DNA from: Kordiimonas sp.
GTDB taxonomy: Bacteria; Pseudomonadota; Alphaproteobacteria; Sphingomonadales; Kordiimonadaceae
Assembly (NCBI RefSeq): GCF_965216265.1
Contig: NZ_OZ244153.1
Span: 2,785,147 to 2,849,146, forward strand
Length of the DNA: 64,000 nt
Direction of reading: 5' to 3'
Part shown: positions 36,482 to 45,571 of the stretch, in pieces
How the letters are laid out: each line of letters starts with the position of its first letter
Numbering within the stretch: position 1 is the first letter of the stretch
The notes under the pieces: generated by a model
The model's input: only the letters and a program-made list of their open reading frames with translations
Told to the model about the DNA's origin: nothing
Databases searched by the model: none
Made by a program: the position numbers and the translations under genes

Positions 36482-37209
36482 AAGGCGACCCGATTGAAAT
36501 ATCCGGCCTGAGCCGTCACCAACAGATTTAGTTTGCGTCATTCTGCCGTGCGCCAGTAGTGTTCTAAATACACGTGTGAGCGGCTTAAGCTTGCTGCCTG
36601 GCTGATGCGCAAGCCGCATGTATTTCATAATTTGATGAGGGCTCAATGATTATCAAAACGAAGAGAGGTAAAATACTCCTGTACCTCATAGCGGTGCTTT
36701 TGAGCGCGTTGCTAACCTATTGGTTAATGGGGCAGGAGTTGCCGCGCGACAGCTTGATGCTGAAATCATTTTTCGTAAAAGTAATTTTCTGGCTGCTTAT
36801 AGGGGTTAGCCTCCTGCTGGTGGTAAAGTTGCTGCAGGGAAGGCAATATTTAAAGCTCGATGATGAAGGCCTCTTTTATTCAGGTTTCAATAGCGACGTT
36901 ATTTCATGGTCCGATATTGATCTCGTGCGGGAAAGTGCGTTTAGAGGAGGGAGTATGCTTGTAATTCATACCCATCGGGACGCTGAGATCGCTAAAAACA
37001 TGCCCTACATGGAAAGGCGAAAACATGAGTTTAATCATAAGCTTGGATATGATGGACTGTTTCTGCCACCGACTTTTGCGAGCGAGGATCAAAAGCTGGC
37101 GCTGGAGTTTGCTCTTGAAAAACTCAAGTCCCAGCTTGTAGCGGATGAGGACCACGAGATTGACGTGAAGTTCAACAATAAAATCTGAGACCTGAAGGCG
37201 ACCCGATTG
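36482..37209. repeat. 15-bp direct repeat AAGGCGACCCGATTG flanking a single gene
   Basis: Identical copies at 36482-36496 and 37195-37209; the second copy is the left arm of a terminator hairpin. Confidence 0.75.
36646..37188 (+). CDS. Hypothetical 2-TM membrane protein (STM3941/PH-like cytoplasmic domain)
   Basis: Two N-terminal TMs, then LKLDDEGL...ISWSDI..VR...LVIH; AT-rich codon use. Confidence 0.7.
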   Translation: MIIKTKRGKILLYLIAVLLSALLTYWLMGQELPRDSLMLKSFFVKVIFWLLIGVSLLLVVKLLQGRQYLKLDDEGLFYSGFNSDVISWSDIDLVRESAFRGGSMLVIHTHRDAEIAKNMPYMERRKHEFNHKLGYDGLFLPPTFASEDQKLALEFALEKLKSQLVADEDHEIDVKFNNKI

Positions 37210-37249
37210 CGGGCCGCCTTTTGCGTGTGCCTGAAGGGCGTTGCCTTCG

Positions 37250-38386
37250 CTATTTGTCCTTGCTCTTTTTGGTTTTCTCGGTGCTATCATCCACCTCCTC
37301 GACAGAAACAGTGGCTTTCTGGCGGGATTTTTTCTTTTGTACTTTGCTTGCATAGGCGATCACGTGGCCGGGAAAGCCCCTGCCGCCCCGGGCAACCGTG
37401 CGCTCATAGCCCGCAATATCTTCACCCAGGTTGACGCCCATGGTGCGGTCCATCGTGATGCCAAGGGAAAGGTCTGCGATATAATAGTCTTGCGTGTCGG
37501 CGTAGAGTTCTGTGGTCTGCCCCGCAAGAGCGGCATAGCCGGGGTTGAGATACTGGTTCAGGTGAGCCCGCAGGTCATGGTCCCAATTCGGGAACAGGGC
37601 GGCGTTAATCTCGTATAGTTCCGCAACATGCAGTTCGCTGCCATCTGCCACCACACCTCGGATCGAGTTAACAAACTCCTTGGCGTTATCAGCCAGCAGG
37701 TCATAGACGTTCTCTGCCGTATAGGCTTCCCGCCGCAGGTTGGGGCTGCTGACATAGCCGTGAAACAGGCCGTACATGACCAAAGGGTCACGCCACTTTG
37801 GTATCAAAATCCGGTGGTGAATGTCGTTCAGGGAAAGCGGCACACCCGCTACGTTCAGGAGTTTCTGGTCAAGCAGGCTGCCGTCCCCATAGAGGGTGTC
37901 CTGCAGCCGTTTGGTTGGGTAGGTCTTCACCAGATGCTCAACAAGCGTGACATTATAGAGGTTTAGCCAATAGGCCAGTTGCTGGTCGCGGGTCAGGGTA
38001 TCAAAGGCGTACTTTGTGGGCAGTTTTTCCATACGCTCGCGCACCTTGACAAGAGCCTCAAGGTTCTGGTCGTCAAACGCCTGAAAATACAGCCGGTTGC
38101 CTTCCATTGCGGTTTTGCTTTTGTTGCCCCAGCGGGCACGGGAATTGTCCCACTTGAAGGAGAGGTCGTGGCCACGCCGGTCAGAACGGCCAGCATCAAA
38201 GACAGTGGCCTTCAGGATATAGGACCAATAGGGGAACTCCAGCTCCACGGTTTTCTGTTTCGCGTTTTCACGAAACGGCGCTGGTATGCTGCCTTCGGCT
38301 GCAAAAGCACCCGTAGTGGCAAAACCACCCAGGCACATGACGATGCCAGCGATAAGCTTGGCTACGCGTGACGGATGTTTCATCAT
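37250..38386 (-). CDS. DUF547 domain secreted protein
   Basis: Signal peptide; QQLAYWLNLYN; LSLNDIHHRIL..WRDPLVMYGL; SPNL. Confidence 0.85.
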   Translation of the reverse strand: MMKHPSRVAKLIAGIVMCLGGFATTGAFAAEGSIPAPFRENAKQKTVELEFPYWSYILKATVFDAGRSDRRGHDLSFKWDNSRARWGNKSKTAMEGNRLYFQAFDDQNLEALVKVRERMEKLPTKYAFDTLTRDQQLAYWLNLYNVTLVEHLVKTYPTKRLQDTLYGDGSLLDQKLLNVAGVPLSLNDIHHRILIPKWRDPLVMYGLFHGYVSSPNLRREAYTAENVYDLLADNAKEFVNSIRGVVADGSELHVAELYEINAALFPNWDHDLRAHLNQYLNPGYAALAGQTTELYADTQDYYIADLSLGITMDRTMGVNLGEDIAGYERTVARGGRGFPGHVIAYASKVQKKKSRQKATVSVEEVDDSTEKTKKSKDK

Positions 38387-38538
38387 TCACTCTCCCAATC
38401 TCGTAATTGCTACGTTAAGTGGCAGAGTATCGCGTTTTCCGTTTTATATGAACTATTTTTTTATAACAAAAGGCCACCCCGGTATATGCCGGGATGGCCT
38501 TCTAATAGTTATCGTTTATCTGGTTTATTATTCTGCTT

Positions 38539-40371
38539 TTATTCTGCGGCTTTAGCAGCGCGCTTGCGCTCGTGCGGCAGAAGGAAGCGTTTACGCAGGC
38601 GAATGCTGGTTGGCGTTACTTCCACCAGCTCGTCGTCATTGATGTAGGCCAGTGCTTCTTCAAGCGGCAGGATTTTCGGCGTGCTCATCTTGATCGCATC
38701 ATCCTTGCCGCTTGCGCGCATGTTGGTGAGCTGTTTGGCTTTCTGCACGTTCACGTCAAGGTCGTTGTCGCGGCTGTGTTCGCCAATGATCATGCCTTCA
38801 TAAACTTCCACACCGTGGTTGATCATGATGGTGCCGCGGTCCTGCAGGTAGAAAAGCGCATATTGCACGGCCTTGCCGCCTGCGGTTGCCACCAGCACAC
38901 CGCGCTGACGTGCGCGGATGGGGCCCTTATAGGCGTCATAGCGGTCATAAGCGCGGGCCATGATGCCGGTACCGCGTGTGTCGGTCAGGAACTCGCCGTG
39001 ATAGCCGATAAGGCCACGGGCGGGCGCATCAAACGTGAGGCGAACCTTGCCAGCGCCAGAGGGCACCATGCCGGTCAGCTCAGCTTTACGCAGCGACATT
39101 TTCTCAACCACAGCACCTTGGTATTCTTCGTCCACATCGATCTGTACGGTTTCATACGGCTCGAGGCGCTTGCAGTTTTCATCCTGCTTGAAGAGAACAC
39201 GCGGGCGGCTGATTGCCAGCTCGAAACCTTCGCGGCGCATGGTCTCGATAAGGACACCAAGCTGCAACTCGCCCCGGCCTGCAACTTCAAATGCGTCCTT
39301 GCTTTCAGCCTCGGTGATCTCGATCGCCACGTTGCCTTCAGATTCGCGCATCAAGCGGTCACGAATGACGCGGGAGGTTACGTGCTTGCCTTCGCGGCCC
39401 GCAAGCGGGCTGTCGTTGACCATGAAGGTCATCGCGAGCGTTGGTGGGTCAACCGGGATAGCGTGCAGCGCTTTGGTTACCTCAGGCACGGCGATGGTGT
39501 CTGCCACCGTTGCCGTGGTGAGGCCAGCGATTGCGACAATGTCGCCCGCCTGTGCTTCGTCAACCGGTACACGCTCAAGCCCACGGAAGGCGAGAAGCTT
39601 GGAAATACGGCCAGCCTCGATCACCTTGCTGTCACGGCTCAGCGCATGGATGGCATCACCCACCTTCACGCGGCCTGTTTCAACACGGCCTGTGAGGATA
39701 CGGCCAACAAAGTTGTCACGGTCCAGAAGGCTGATCAGCATCGAGAAAGGTTTCTCGATATTGTTGTTGGTCACAACCTTTGGCGCGGGCACATGCTCAA
39801 CGATCTTCTCGAAAAGCGGGTGCAGGTTTTCGCGCGGGCCATCAAGCTCGTTATCGCACCAGCCGTCACGGCCGGAGGCGTACATCACAGGGAAGTCGAG
39901 CTGTTCGTCGTTCGCGTCCAGGTTTACGAAGAGATCGAAACAGAGGTCTGTTGCGGCGTCCGGGTCTCCGTCAGGTTTGTCCACCTTGTTCACAACTACA
40001 ATCGGCTTCAGGCCAAGGGCCAGGGCTTTCATGGTGACGAATTTGGTTTGTGGCATCGGGCCTTCTGCGGCATCCACAAGCAGAACAACACCGTCCACCA
40101 TGGAAAGGATACGCTCAACCTCGCCGCCAAAGTCGGCGTGGCCGGGAGTGTCCACGATGTTCACGCGGGTGTTTTTCCACATCACGCTGGTGCATTTCGC
40201 AAGAATGGTGATGCCGCGCTCTTTCTCAAGGTCGCCGCTGTCCATCGCGCGTTCTTCAACCCGCTGGTTGTCCCGTACGGTGCCGGATTGCCTGAAAAGG
40301 TTATCCACCAGCGTTGTTTTGCCGTGGTCAACGTGCGCGATGATCGCGATGTTGCGAATGTCTTTGCTCAT
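38539..40371 (-). CDS. typA: Translational GTPase TypA/BipA
   Basis: IRNIAIIAHVDHGKTTLVD; ERGITILAK; DTPGHADFGGEVER; GRGELQLGVLIETMRREG; LVEVTPTSIRLRK. Confidence 0.98.
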   Translation of the reverse strand: MSKDIRNIAIIAHVDHGKTTLVDNLFRQSGTVRDNQRVEERAMDSGDLEKERGITILAKCTSVMWKNTRVNIVDTPGHADFGGEVERILSMVDGVVLLVDAAEGPMPQTKFVTMKALALGLKPIVVVNKVDKPDGDPDAATDLCFDLFVNLDANDEQLDFPVMYASGRDGWCDNELDGPRENLHPLFEKIVEHVPAPKVVTNNNIEKPFSMLISLLDRDNFVGRILTGRVETGRVKVGDAIHALSRDSKVIEAGRISKLLAFRGLERVPVDEAQAGDIVAIAGLTTATVADTIAVPEVTKALHAIPVDPPTLAMTFMVNDSPLAGREGKHVTSRVIRDRLMRESEGNVAIEITEAESKDAFEVAGRGELQLGVLIETMRREGFELAISRPRVLFKQDENCKRLEPYETVQIDVDEEYQGAVVEKMSLRKAELTGMVPSGAGKVRLTFDAPARGLIGYHGEFLTDTRGTGIMARAYDRYDAYKGPIRARQRGVLVATAGGKAVQYALFYLQDRGTIMINHGVEVYEGMIIGEHSRDNDLDVNVQKAKQLTNMRASGKDDAIKMSTPKILPLEEALAYINDDELVEVTPTSIRLRKRFLLPHERKRAAKAAE

Positions 40372-40625
40372 GTCTGATTTCCTGCGGGAGCCTTCGGGTC
40401 TGGCCCGGCTGCCCTAATAAAAAAAGCCCCTTCGCCATGAGATCATATCTGATCCGCTCTGGCCGCGGGCTTTGGCACTTTTAAAACTCGCGCGCCTTAT
40501 ACGCGCGATTGCGCTATTCGGCAAGCAGAAAGGCAGTCAGCAGCCGGGCGTGCGTGAATTAAGGTTGCAATTGCCGTAGCATTGGGGAAAGATTAGAACA
40601 AAGAGGGAACGCTATTGGGGGTGTT

Positions 40626-41675
40626 ATGAAGATTGCAATTGGGGAAACGCTTGAAGCGTCTGTTGACCTTGTTTTCAAGAATCTGGATGGACTTCTGAAT
40701 GCCGCAAAGTGGCCATTTGTGGCGGTGGTGGTTTTGTTTATCATCAGTACAGCGGCGGGCGAACTGCTGGACATTTCTTCGTTCCGCATGGGTTTCAGGG
40801 TCGGTGCGGGCATGGAATGGCCGATTAGTTGGCTTGTGTTTCTCGTCCTCAATATGGTAGTGGCCAGTCTGGCCGTTGCGGTTCTTGAGTATAAATGGCA
40901 GCGGTTCATTCTACTTGATTATCTGCCCTTGAATGAAGCTGCACGGCACCTGCCAGTGCGAGGCGAAAATCTGAGGGGTTATCTCGTTAAAAGCCTTGCC
41001 TTGATGGTGCCGTGGTTCGTGTATTTGGGCTCGCTGGGGCCATTGGCCTCTGTGGTCATGACGACGGGCAACTTCTCGCTTTTGTTTATTTTTCTTGCGG
41101 GTGGAATTCTCTTTTTACCCATTTACATGCGGGCTGCGCTTGTGCTGCCTGCGCAAGCAGCAGGGCTTGATAATCAGTCGATTTGGGGCGCGTTCCAATT
41201 CGGCAAGGGTAACGGATGGCGTATCGCTTCAGCAACCATGATCCTGCGTCTGGTCGTTGGCATAACTGCAGGTATTGTTTATTTCATAACGATTATACCC
41301 ATTACGCTCTTTGCCGGGCTATTCGCGATGATCAGCATGGAATTATCGCTTGTGATGGTCGCTCTGCTTGCAGGATTATGTCAAAGTATCTTTCTCGTCT
41401 TTTTCGTGGGGATGACATCGGGCTTGCAAGCGCTCGCATATGCCCAGTTGCATCCTGATTATGATGACCCGCTGCGGGTAATTGCTGATCGCATTGCCAG
41501 TGAGAAGGTATCTGTTCCAAGCGCTGTCCAACCAGCCGAAGAAAAAATGAGTGAAGTGCCTGAGCCACCTAAGTCGGTTGAGATGCCAACGGGTCCGGTG
41601 GTCGTTAGCAAAGTGGCACTATCATCTTCCTCAGATCGTCCGCTCGAATACGGCAGGCGGAAAGGTCGGCGGTAA
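40626..41675 (+). CDS. Hypothetical multi-pass membrane protein (YciC/UPF0259-like architecture)
   Basis: About 7 hydrophobic segments; RAALVLPA.A......IWGAFQFGKGNGWRI pattern; low-complexity cytoplasmic tail. Confidence 0.65.
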   Translation: MKIAIGETLEASVDLVFKNLDGLLNAAKWPFVAVVVLFIISTAAGELLDISSFRMGFRVGAGMEWPISWLVFLVLNMVVASLAVAVLEYKWQRFILLDYLPLNEAARHLPVRGENLRGYLVKSLALMVPWFVYLGSLGPLASVVMTTGNFSLLFIFLAGGILFLPIYMRAALVLPAQAAGLDNQSIWGAFQFGKGNGWRIASATMILRLVVGITAGIVYFITIIPITLFAGLFAMISMELSLVMVALLAGLCQSIFLVFFVGMTSGLQALAYAQLHPDYDDPLRVIADRIASEKVSVPSAVQPAEEKMSEVPEPPKSVEMPTGPVVVSKVALSSSSDRPLEYGRRKGRR

Positions 41676-41772
41676 CGGCGCTTTGGCGCAAGCGTGGTGC
41701 AGTTCGTCGCGGCGGGTCTTGATTGTGGTTGAGGAAGGCGGCTAGAGGGGATGTCTCAGGAGTGGAGTTTTT

Positions 41773-41940
41773 ATGACCTATGACGCAGACAGATCGATCG
41801 ACCTTTCCTACCGCTTCCTGCTGGGGCTGTGGCTTGCGGGTGCGCTGTGCCTTGGCGCCGCACTTCTGATGGATGACGGCGAAACCCAGGACCCGTGCAC
41901 CGTGATGCAGATGCATTTCGATTTCTACTGCAAAGGGTAG
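41773..41940 (+). CDS. Putative 55-aa single-TM protein (below the ORF-track cutoff)
   Basis: Strong GGAGTGGAG RBS; MTYDADRSIDLSYRFLLGLWLAGALCLGAALLMDDGETQDPCTVMQMHFDFYCKG. Confidence 0.65.
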   Translation: MTYDADRSIDLSYRFLLGLWLAGALCLGAALLMDDGETQDPCTVMQMHFDFYCKG

Positions 41941-41982
41941 GTTAGCCTTTCGGGCATCCCGCTCAACAGCCTCAACAAATAA

Positions 41983-42027
41983 GAACAAATAAAGAACATT
42001 GACAATGATGTTTTGTCGACGTTAACT
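41983..42027 (+). promoter_or_regulatory. Alphaproteobacterial LexA (SOS) box abutting a sigma70 promoter
   Basis: GAAC-AAATAAA-GAAC (41983-97); TTGACA (41999-42004), N17, TTAACT (42022-27). Confidence 0.65.
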
Positions 42028-42061
42028 CCTTTGTGCTTGTGCACTTAATTGGGGGGAGATC

Positions 42062-42952
42062 ATGCAAAGCTTTGAACCACAATCGCAATCAGGGTCAAAC
42101 TTATCGTTTGGAAAGGTCGTTGGTGAAGCGCTCGCTCCGCTTCATTCCGAATTAGGCGCCTTTATAAGAGCCGCCTCCGTACATTTTGTGTTTTTGGTGC
42201 TAACGGTATCTGCTGGGGTCACTTTGTTTCAGCAGGCGAGTGTTTCCGGTTATTCAGTATCAGGCCTAATTCTGTTTATCCTTCTATACTGCTTTGCAAT
42301 ATTTACGCTTTTAGATTTCTGGGTGAACTGGGTAAGGGGCTGCGCCTTGGGGCGCGAATACCATATGCCTCTTTTCTCAAGCCCCGCTTCATATACCGGG
42401 CCTATGCGTCGGTTGGTGGCGAAGATGTTCTGGCGAGTTTTGCTCCGGTTAATCATTCTAGGGAGCGTGAGTAATCTCCTGTTATTGATAACATTTTTTC
42501 TAGAGAACATGATGGTGGGGACCGGGCTTGCGTTGCTTGGCGCTCTTCTAGGTTTTCTTGCAACCGCTGTTATAAATATGGTGGTAACCCGGTTTTTAAT
42601 TTCAGTAGCAGCAACAGCTATCATGGCACCAAAACGTAGCTTCCGCGATGCCTGGGCTATGTCGGCAGGTCATAACTTGTCCATATTTGGCATCTTCATG
42701 GTTGTTTATATCTTGTTGTTACTTGTGTTGGGTTTACTGGGCATGGGTCTGCACGGGTTGTCGTTAATCGATGTGGGGTCTGTCAATTTGGGCTTAATCG
42801 TGATCCTGTGCGCAATGATTTTTTTCGTATCTGCCGTAAATGGCAGTTTGATCGTGAGCCTATATAAAGCTTTTTCGCCCGAAGATGTGCGTGATCATAT
42901 TGCAGAAGGTGCATTACGTGAAAACCCTGATGCGAGGCCGGATGCTCTTTGA
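42062..42952 (+). CDS. Hypothetical multi-pass membrane protein, similar in architecture to 40626..41675
   Basis: About 7 TM; TRFLISVAATA.....SFRDAWAMSAGHNLSI parallels the upstream protein; AT-rich. Confidence 0.65.
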   Translation: MQSFEPQSQSGSNLSFGKVVGEALAPLHSELGAFIRAASVHFVFLVLTVSAGVTLFQQASVSGYSVSGLILFILLYCFAIFTLLDFWVNWVRGCALGREYHMPLFSSPASYTGPMRRLVAKMFWRVLLRLIILGSVSNLLLLITFFLENMMVGTGLALLGALLGFLATAVINMVVTRFLISVAATAIMAPKRSFRDAWAMSAGHNLSIFGIFMVVYILLLLVLGLLGMGLHGLSLIDVGSVNLGLIVILCAMIFFVSAVNGSLIVSLYKAFSPEDVRDHIAEGALRENPDARPDAL

Positions 42953-42960
42953 AAGGGGTT

Positions 42961-44085
42961 CTATAGCAGGCGCGCTTTAGCTGCGCCTGCAACAGTGCGC
43001 GCCGGGGCTTCCTCGTAAATTGCGGTGTCGGGGGTGATGCTGAGCGCGTCGAGGAACTGATCGGTTACGATGTCCCAATCATATTTTCGGGCGAAGGCGG
43101 TACAGGAGGTTCTGTCACAGCCAAGTGCGCCTTTTATTGCTGTGCTCAAGTCATCATCAAGGCAGGCGATAGGTGTATGCCAGTCTTCAAACGGGCCGGC
43201 GCCGTCTGCGCCCACCACATCAAGCGGGCCCTGTACGGGATAGGCGGCGACCGGTGTGCCGCACGCCAGCGCCTCGATCATCACGAGGCCGAAGGTGTCT
43301 GTCTTGCTGGGGAAAACAAACACATCAGCGCCAGCGTAGGCGGCTGCGAGCTCTGCGCCAAACTTTGCCCCCAGGAACCGAACATCCGGATAGTCTGATT
43401 GCAGTTTCTTGAGCGCAGGGCCATCACCCACCACAACTTTTGTGCCGGGCACGTCTGTTTTGAGGAAAGCTTCGATGTTTTTCTCAACCGCCACGCGGCC
43501 CACGTAAAGCTGAATAGGGCGTTTGAACGCGGGCGGGAAGGCATCCGCGCGGGCGGCTTCATCTGCGCTGAACTGGGCGGCGTCCACGCCCCTTGTCCAG
43601 CGTATGATGTTCGTGAACCCTTTTGACCGTAGAAGCGTACGCACGGTGGACGTTGCAACCAGCACACCGCTGCTTTTTGCGTGGAAGCGGCGGAAGATTG
43701 GGTAAAGCCAGTCAGCCTTTACGGGGTAACGCGCCTCAACATACTCGGGGAAGGCGGTGTGGTAGGCCGAGGTGAAGCTGCGGCCGTTCTTGATACACCA
43801 GCGCCGGGCGGCCCAGCCAAGCGGCCCTTCGGTGGCAATATGCACAGCATCTACCTGCCAACGGTCAAGAATGCGCTTGCTGCGCATACGGGCGTTCAGG
43901 CTTAACCTGATTTCCGGATAGCTGGGGCAGGGCATGGTTTTGAACATTCTGGGCGTGAGCATATAAACCCGGTGCCCGCGCGCCTTCAGGTGATGGCGGA
44001 GCGTATCAAGTGTGCGCACAACCCCGTTCACCTGTGGGTGCCAGGCGTCGCTTACGATGCAGATTTTCAAGGGACCTTCCCGCAT
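42961..44085 (-). CDS. agt: GT4 glycosyltransferase, Agt-type glycolipid (glucuronosyl/glucosyl-DAG) synthase
   Basis: IVSDAWHPQVNGVVRTL; HIATEGPLG; YVGRVAVEKN; VFVFPSKTDTFGLVMIEALACGTPVAA; lies directly downstream of a plcP-like gene. Confidence 0.8.
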   Translation of the reverse strand: MREGPLKICIVSDAWHPQVNGVVRTLDTLRHHLKARGHRVYMLTPRMFKTMPCPSYPEIRLSLNARMRSKRILDRWQVDAVHIATEGPLGWAARRWCIKNGRSFTSAYHTAFPEYVEARYPVKADWLYPIFRRFHAKSSGVLVATSTVRTLLRSKGFTNIIRWTRGVDAAQFSADEAARADAFPPAFKRPIQLYVGRVAVEKNIEAFLKTDVPGTKVVVGDGPALKKLQSDYPDVRFLGAKFGAELAAAYAGADVFVFPSKTDTFGLVMIEALACGTPVAAYPVQGPLDVVGADGAGPFEDWHTPIACLDDDLSTAIKGALGCDRTSCTAFARKYDWDIVTDQFLDALSITPDTAIYEEAPARTVAGAAKARLL

Positions 44086-44091
44086 GCGGCG

Positions 44092-45117
44092 CTATTCTGC
44101 CGCCACTGGGGTTGGGGTGCGCGGGCCCGCTGCCTGTTTGGTTTTGGTTTTGCGTTCTTTGCGCTGGGTCTTTTTTTCTTCGCGGGCAGCCACTTCATCT
44201 GCCCAGTGAAGAATTTCAAACCGGCCGTCTTCATGTTCAACAAGCGCAGTGCAGCTTTCCACCCAGTCACCGTCGTTCATATATTCGATATCGTCGAAGA
44301 AGCGGCGCTCCGCCTGGTGAATGTGGCCGCAGATCACACCGTCCACACCACGCCTGCGGGCTTCACCTGCCACGGCTTCTTCGAACCGGCCGATATATTC
44401 AACCGCGTTCTTGACCTTGTGCTTGAGGTATTTGGACAGTGACCAGTAGCTGTATCCAAGCTTGCGGCGCACCCAGTTAACAGCGGTGTTGAGCTTCAGG
44501 AGCGTTACATAGGCGTGGTCACCAACATGGGCGAGCCATTTGGCGTATTTTACCACACCGTCAAACTGGTCACCGTGCAGCACCCAGTAGCGCTTGCCGT
44601 TAATGGCTTCATAAACCATCTCTGGCACCAGTTCGACCCCGGCCATATTGTGCCCTTCAAAACCCCTGAGAGCTTCGTCGTGGTTGCCGGGGATATAGAT
44701 CACTTCGGTGCCGTGCTTGGCCATTTTGAGGACACGGCGGATTACGTCGTTATGGGTGGTGTCCCAATACCAGTTCCGCTTCAGTTGCCAGCCGTCGATG
44801 ATATCCCCCACCAAAATAAGCTTGTCGCAGCTTACGGATTTGAGGAAATCCAGCAGCAGGTCTACTCGCGCAGCACGTGTGCCAAGGTGTGTGTCCGATA
44901 TAAAAATAGCGCGGTAATGACGCGCCTGTTTTCTCTTGTCAGATTGTACGCCGACCCCGGGCAGGAGGGAGGTGGGCGATGGCTGGGAGGAAGCCGATCG
45001 CCCACTGGGTTTGAGGCCGGGTATAAGATTGGGGTCTGGCATACCATCTCGGAATAAAGCCTGCTCTCCGGGGGGGGAGAGCTGAGGAAAAAGCAAGTTG
45101 TCTATCAGCTTTGTCAT
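44092..45117 (-). CDS. plcP: PlcP-type manganese-dependent phospholipase C (COG2908 metallophosphoesterase, often annotated UDP-2,3-diacylglucosamine hydrolase)
   Basis: FISDTHLG; LVGDIIDGW; IPGNHDE; LHGDQFD; CGHIH; NDGDWVESCTAL; Pho box upstream and agt downstream. Confidence 0.82.
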   Translation of the reverse strand: MTKLIDNLLFPQLSPPGEQALFRDGMPDPNLIPGLKPSGRSASSQPSPTSLLPGVGVQSDKRKQARHYRAIFISDTHLGTRAARVDLLLDFLKSVSCDKLILVGDIIDGWQLKRNWYWDTTHNDVIRRVLKMAKHGTEVIYIPGNHDEALRGFEGHNMAGVELVPEMVYEAINGKRYWVLHGDQFDGVVKYAKWLAHVGDHAYVTLLKLNTAVNWVRRKLGYSYWSLSKYLKHKVKNAVEYIGRFEEAVAGEARRRGVDGVICGHIHQAERRFFDDIEYMNDGDWVESCTALVEHEDGRFEILHWADEVAAREEKKTQRKERKTKTKQAAGPRTPTPVAAE

Positions 45118-45140
45118 GGGCCGCAATGTGCGCGCGCATG

Positions 45141-45169
45141 GTGACAGCTAGATTGCAGTGATGTGACTG
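45141..45169 (-). promoter_or_regulatory. PhoB (Pho) box, three half-sites at 11-bp spacing
   Basis: Minus strand CAGTCAC-ATCA-CTGCAAT-CTAG-CTGTCAC, versus consensus CTGTCAT-N4. Confidence 0.75.
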
Positions 45170-45387
45170 TTTTTTGAAAAACGAATCTGGTGTGAGTCGG
45201 ACTAGGGATTCTGCGGGTATGTGGCATTAAGACAACACTCGGCACAATTTTTCTTAGAATTATTTTTCAAATGCGATATTTAATTAGGTGATTAAAATCA
45301 GTAGCTTATGGATCATTAAGGAATTTTCAAGGTTTCGTGAACTAGGCTGTGCTTGGAATTTGGTTGCTGAGCAACTATCTTATTCTG

Positions 45388-45467
45388 TAGCGGGTAGCCC
45401 CGCTAATGCCCTCCGTGGGCGTTTCCTCCCTGAGCCTGGGCCACGCGAAAGCGTGGCCTCTTTTTTT
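45388..45467 (+). ncRNA. alpha-r8 / suhB / MmgR family sRNA
   Basis: CCCTCCGTGGGCGTTTCCTCCCTGAGCCTGGGCC core with the family UUUCCUCCCU motif, then terminator GGCCACGC-GAAA-GCGTGGCC-T-tract. Confidence 0.8.
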
Positions 45468-45571
45468 GTGCTTCACCCGTTTATTCTGTCCCGCCGATAT
45501 TTCCTAAGTTTATGCCGTGAGTTGTACACTTGGCTCTCTCCGTCCGGCTGCTGCCCTGCTTTTATGCACGC

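Noticed and set aside
38572-40417. Two very long + strand ORFs (601 aa and 460 aa) antisense to typA
   Set aside because: Shadow ORFs expected opposite a highly codon-biased, GC-rich gene; no recognisable motifs or RBS.
44092-45117. Annotation as lipid A enzyme LpxH
   Set aside because: The Pho box and the adjacent agt-type GT4 gene fit PlcP; there is no lipid A gene context.
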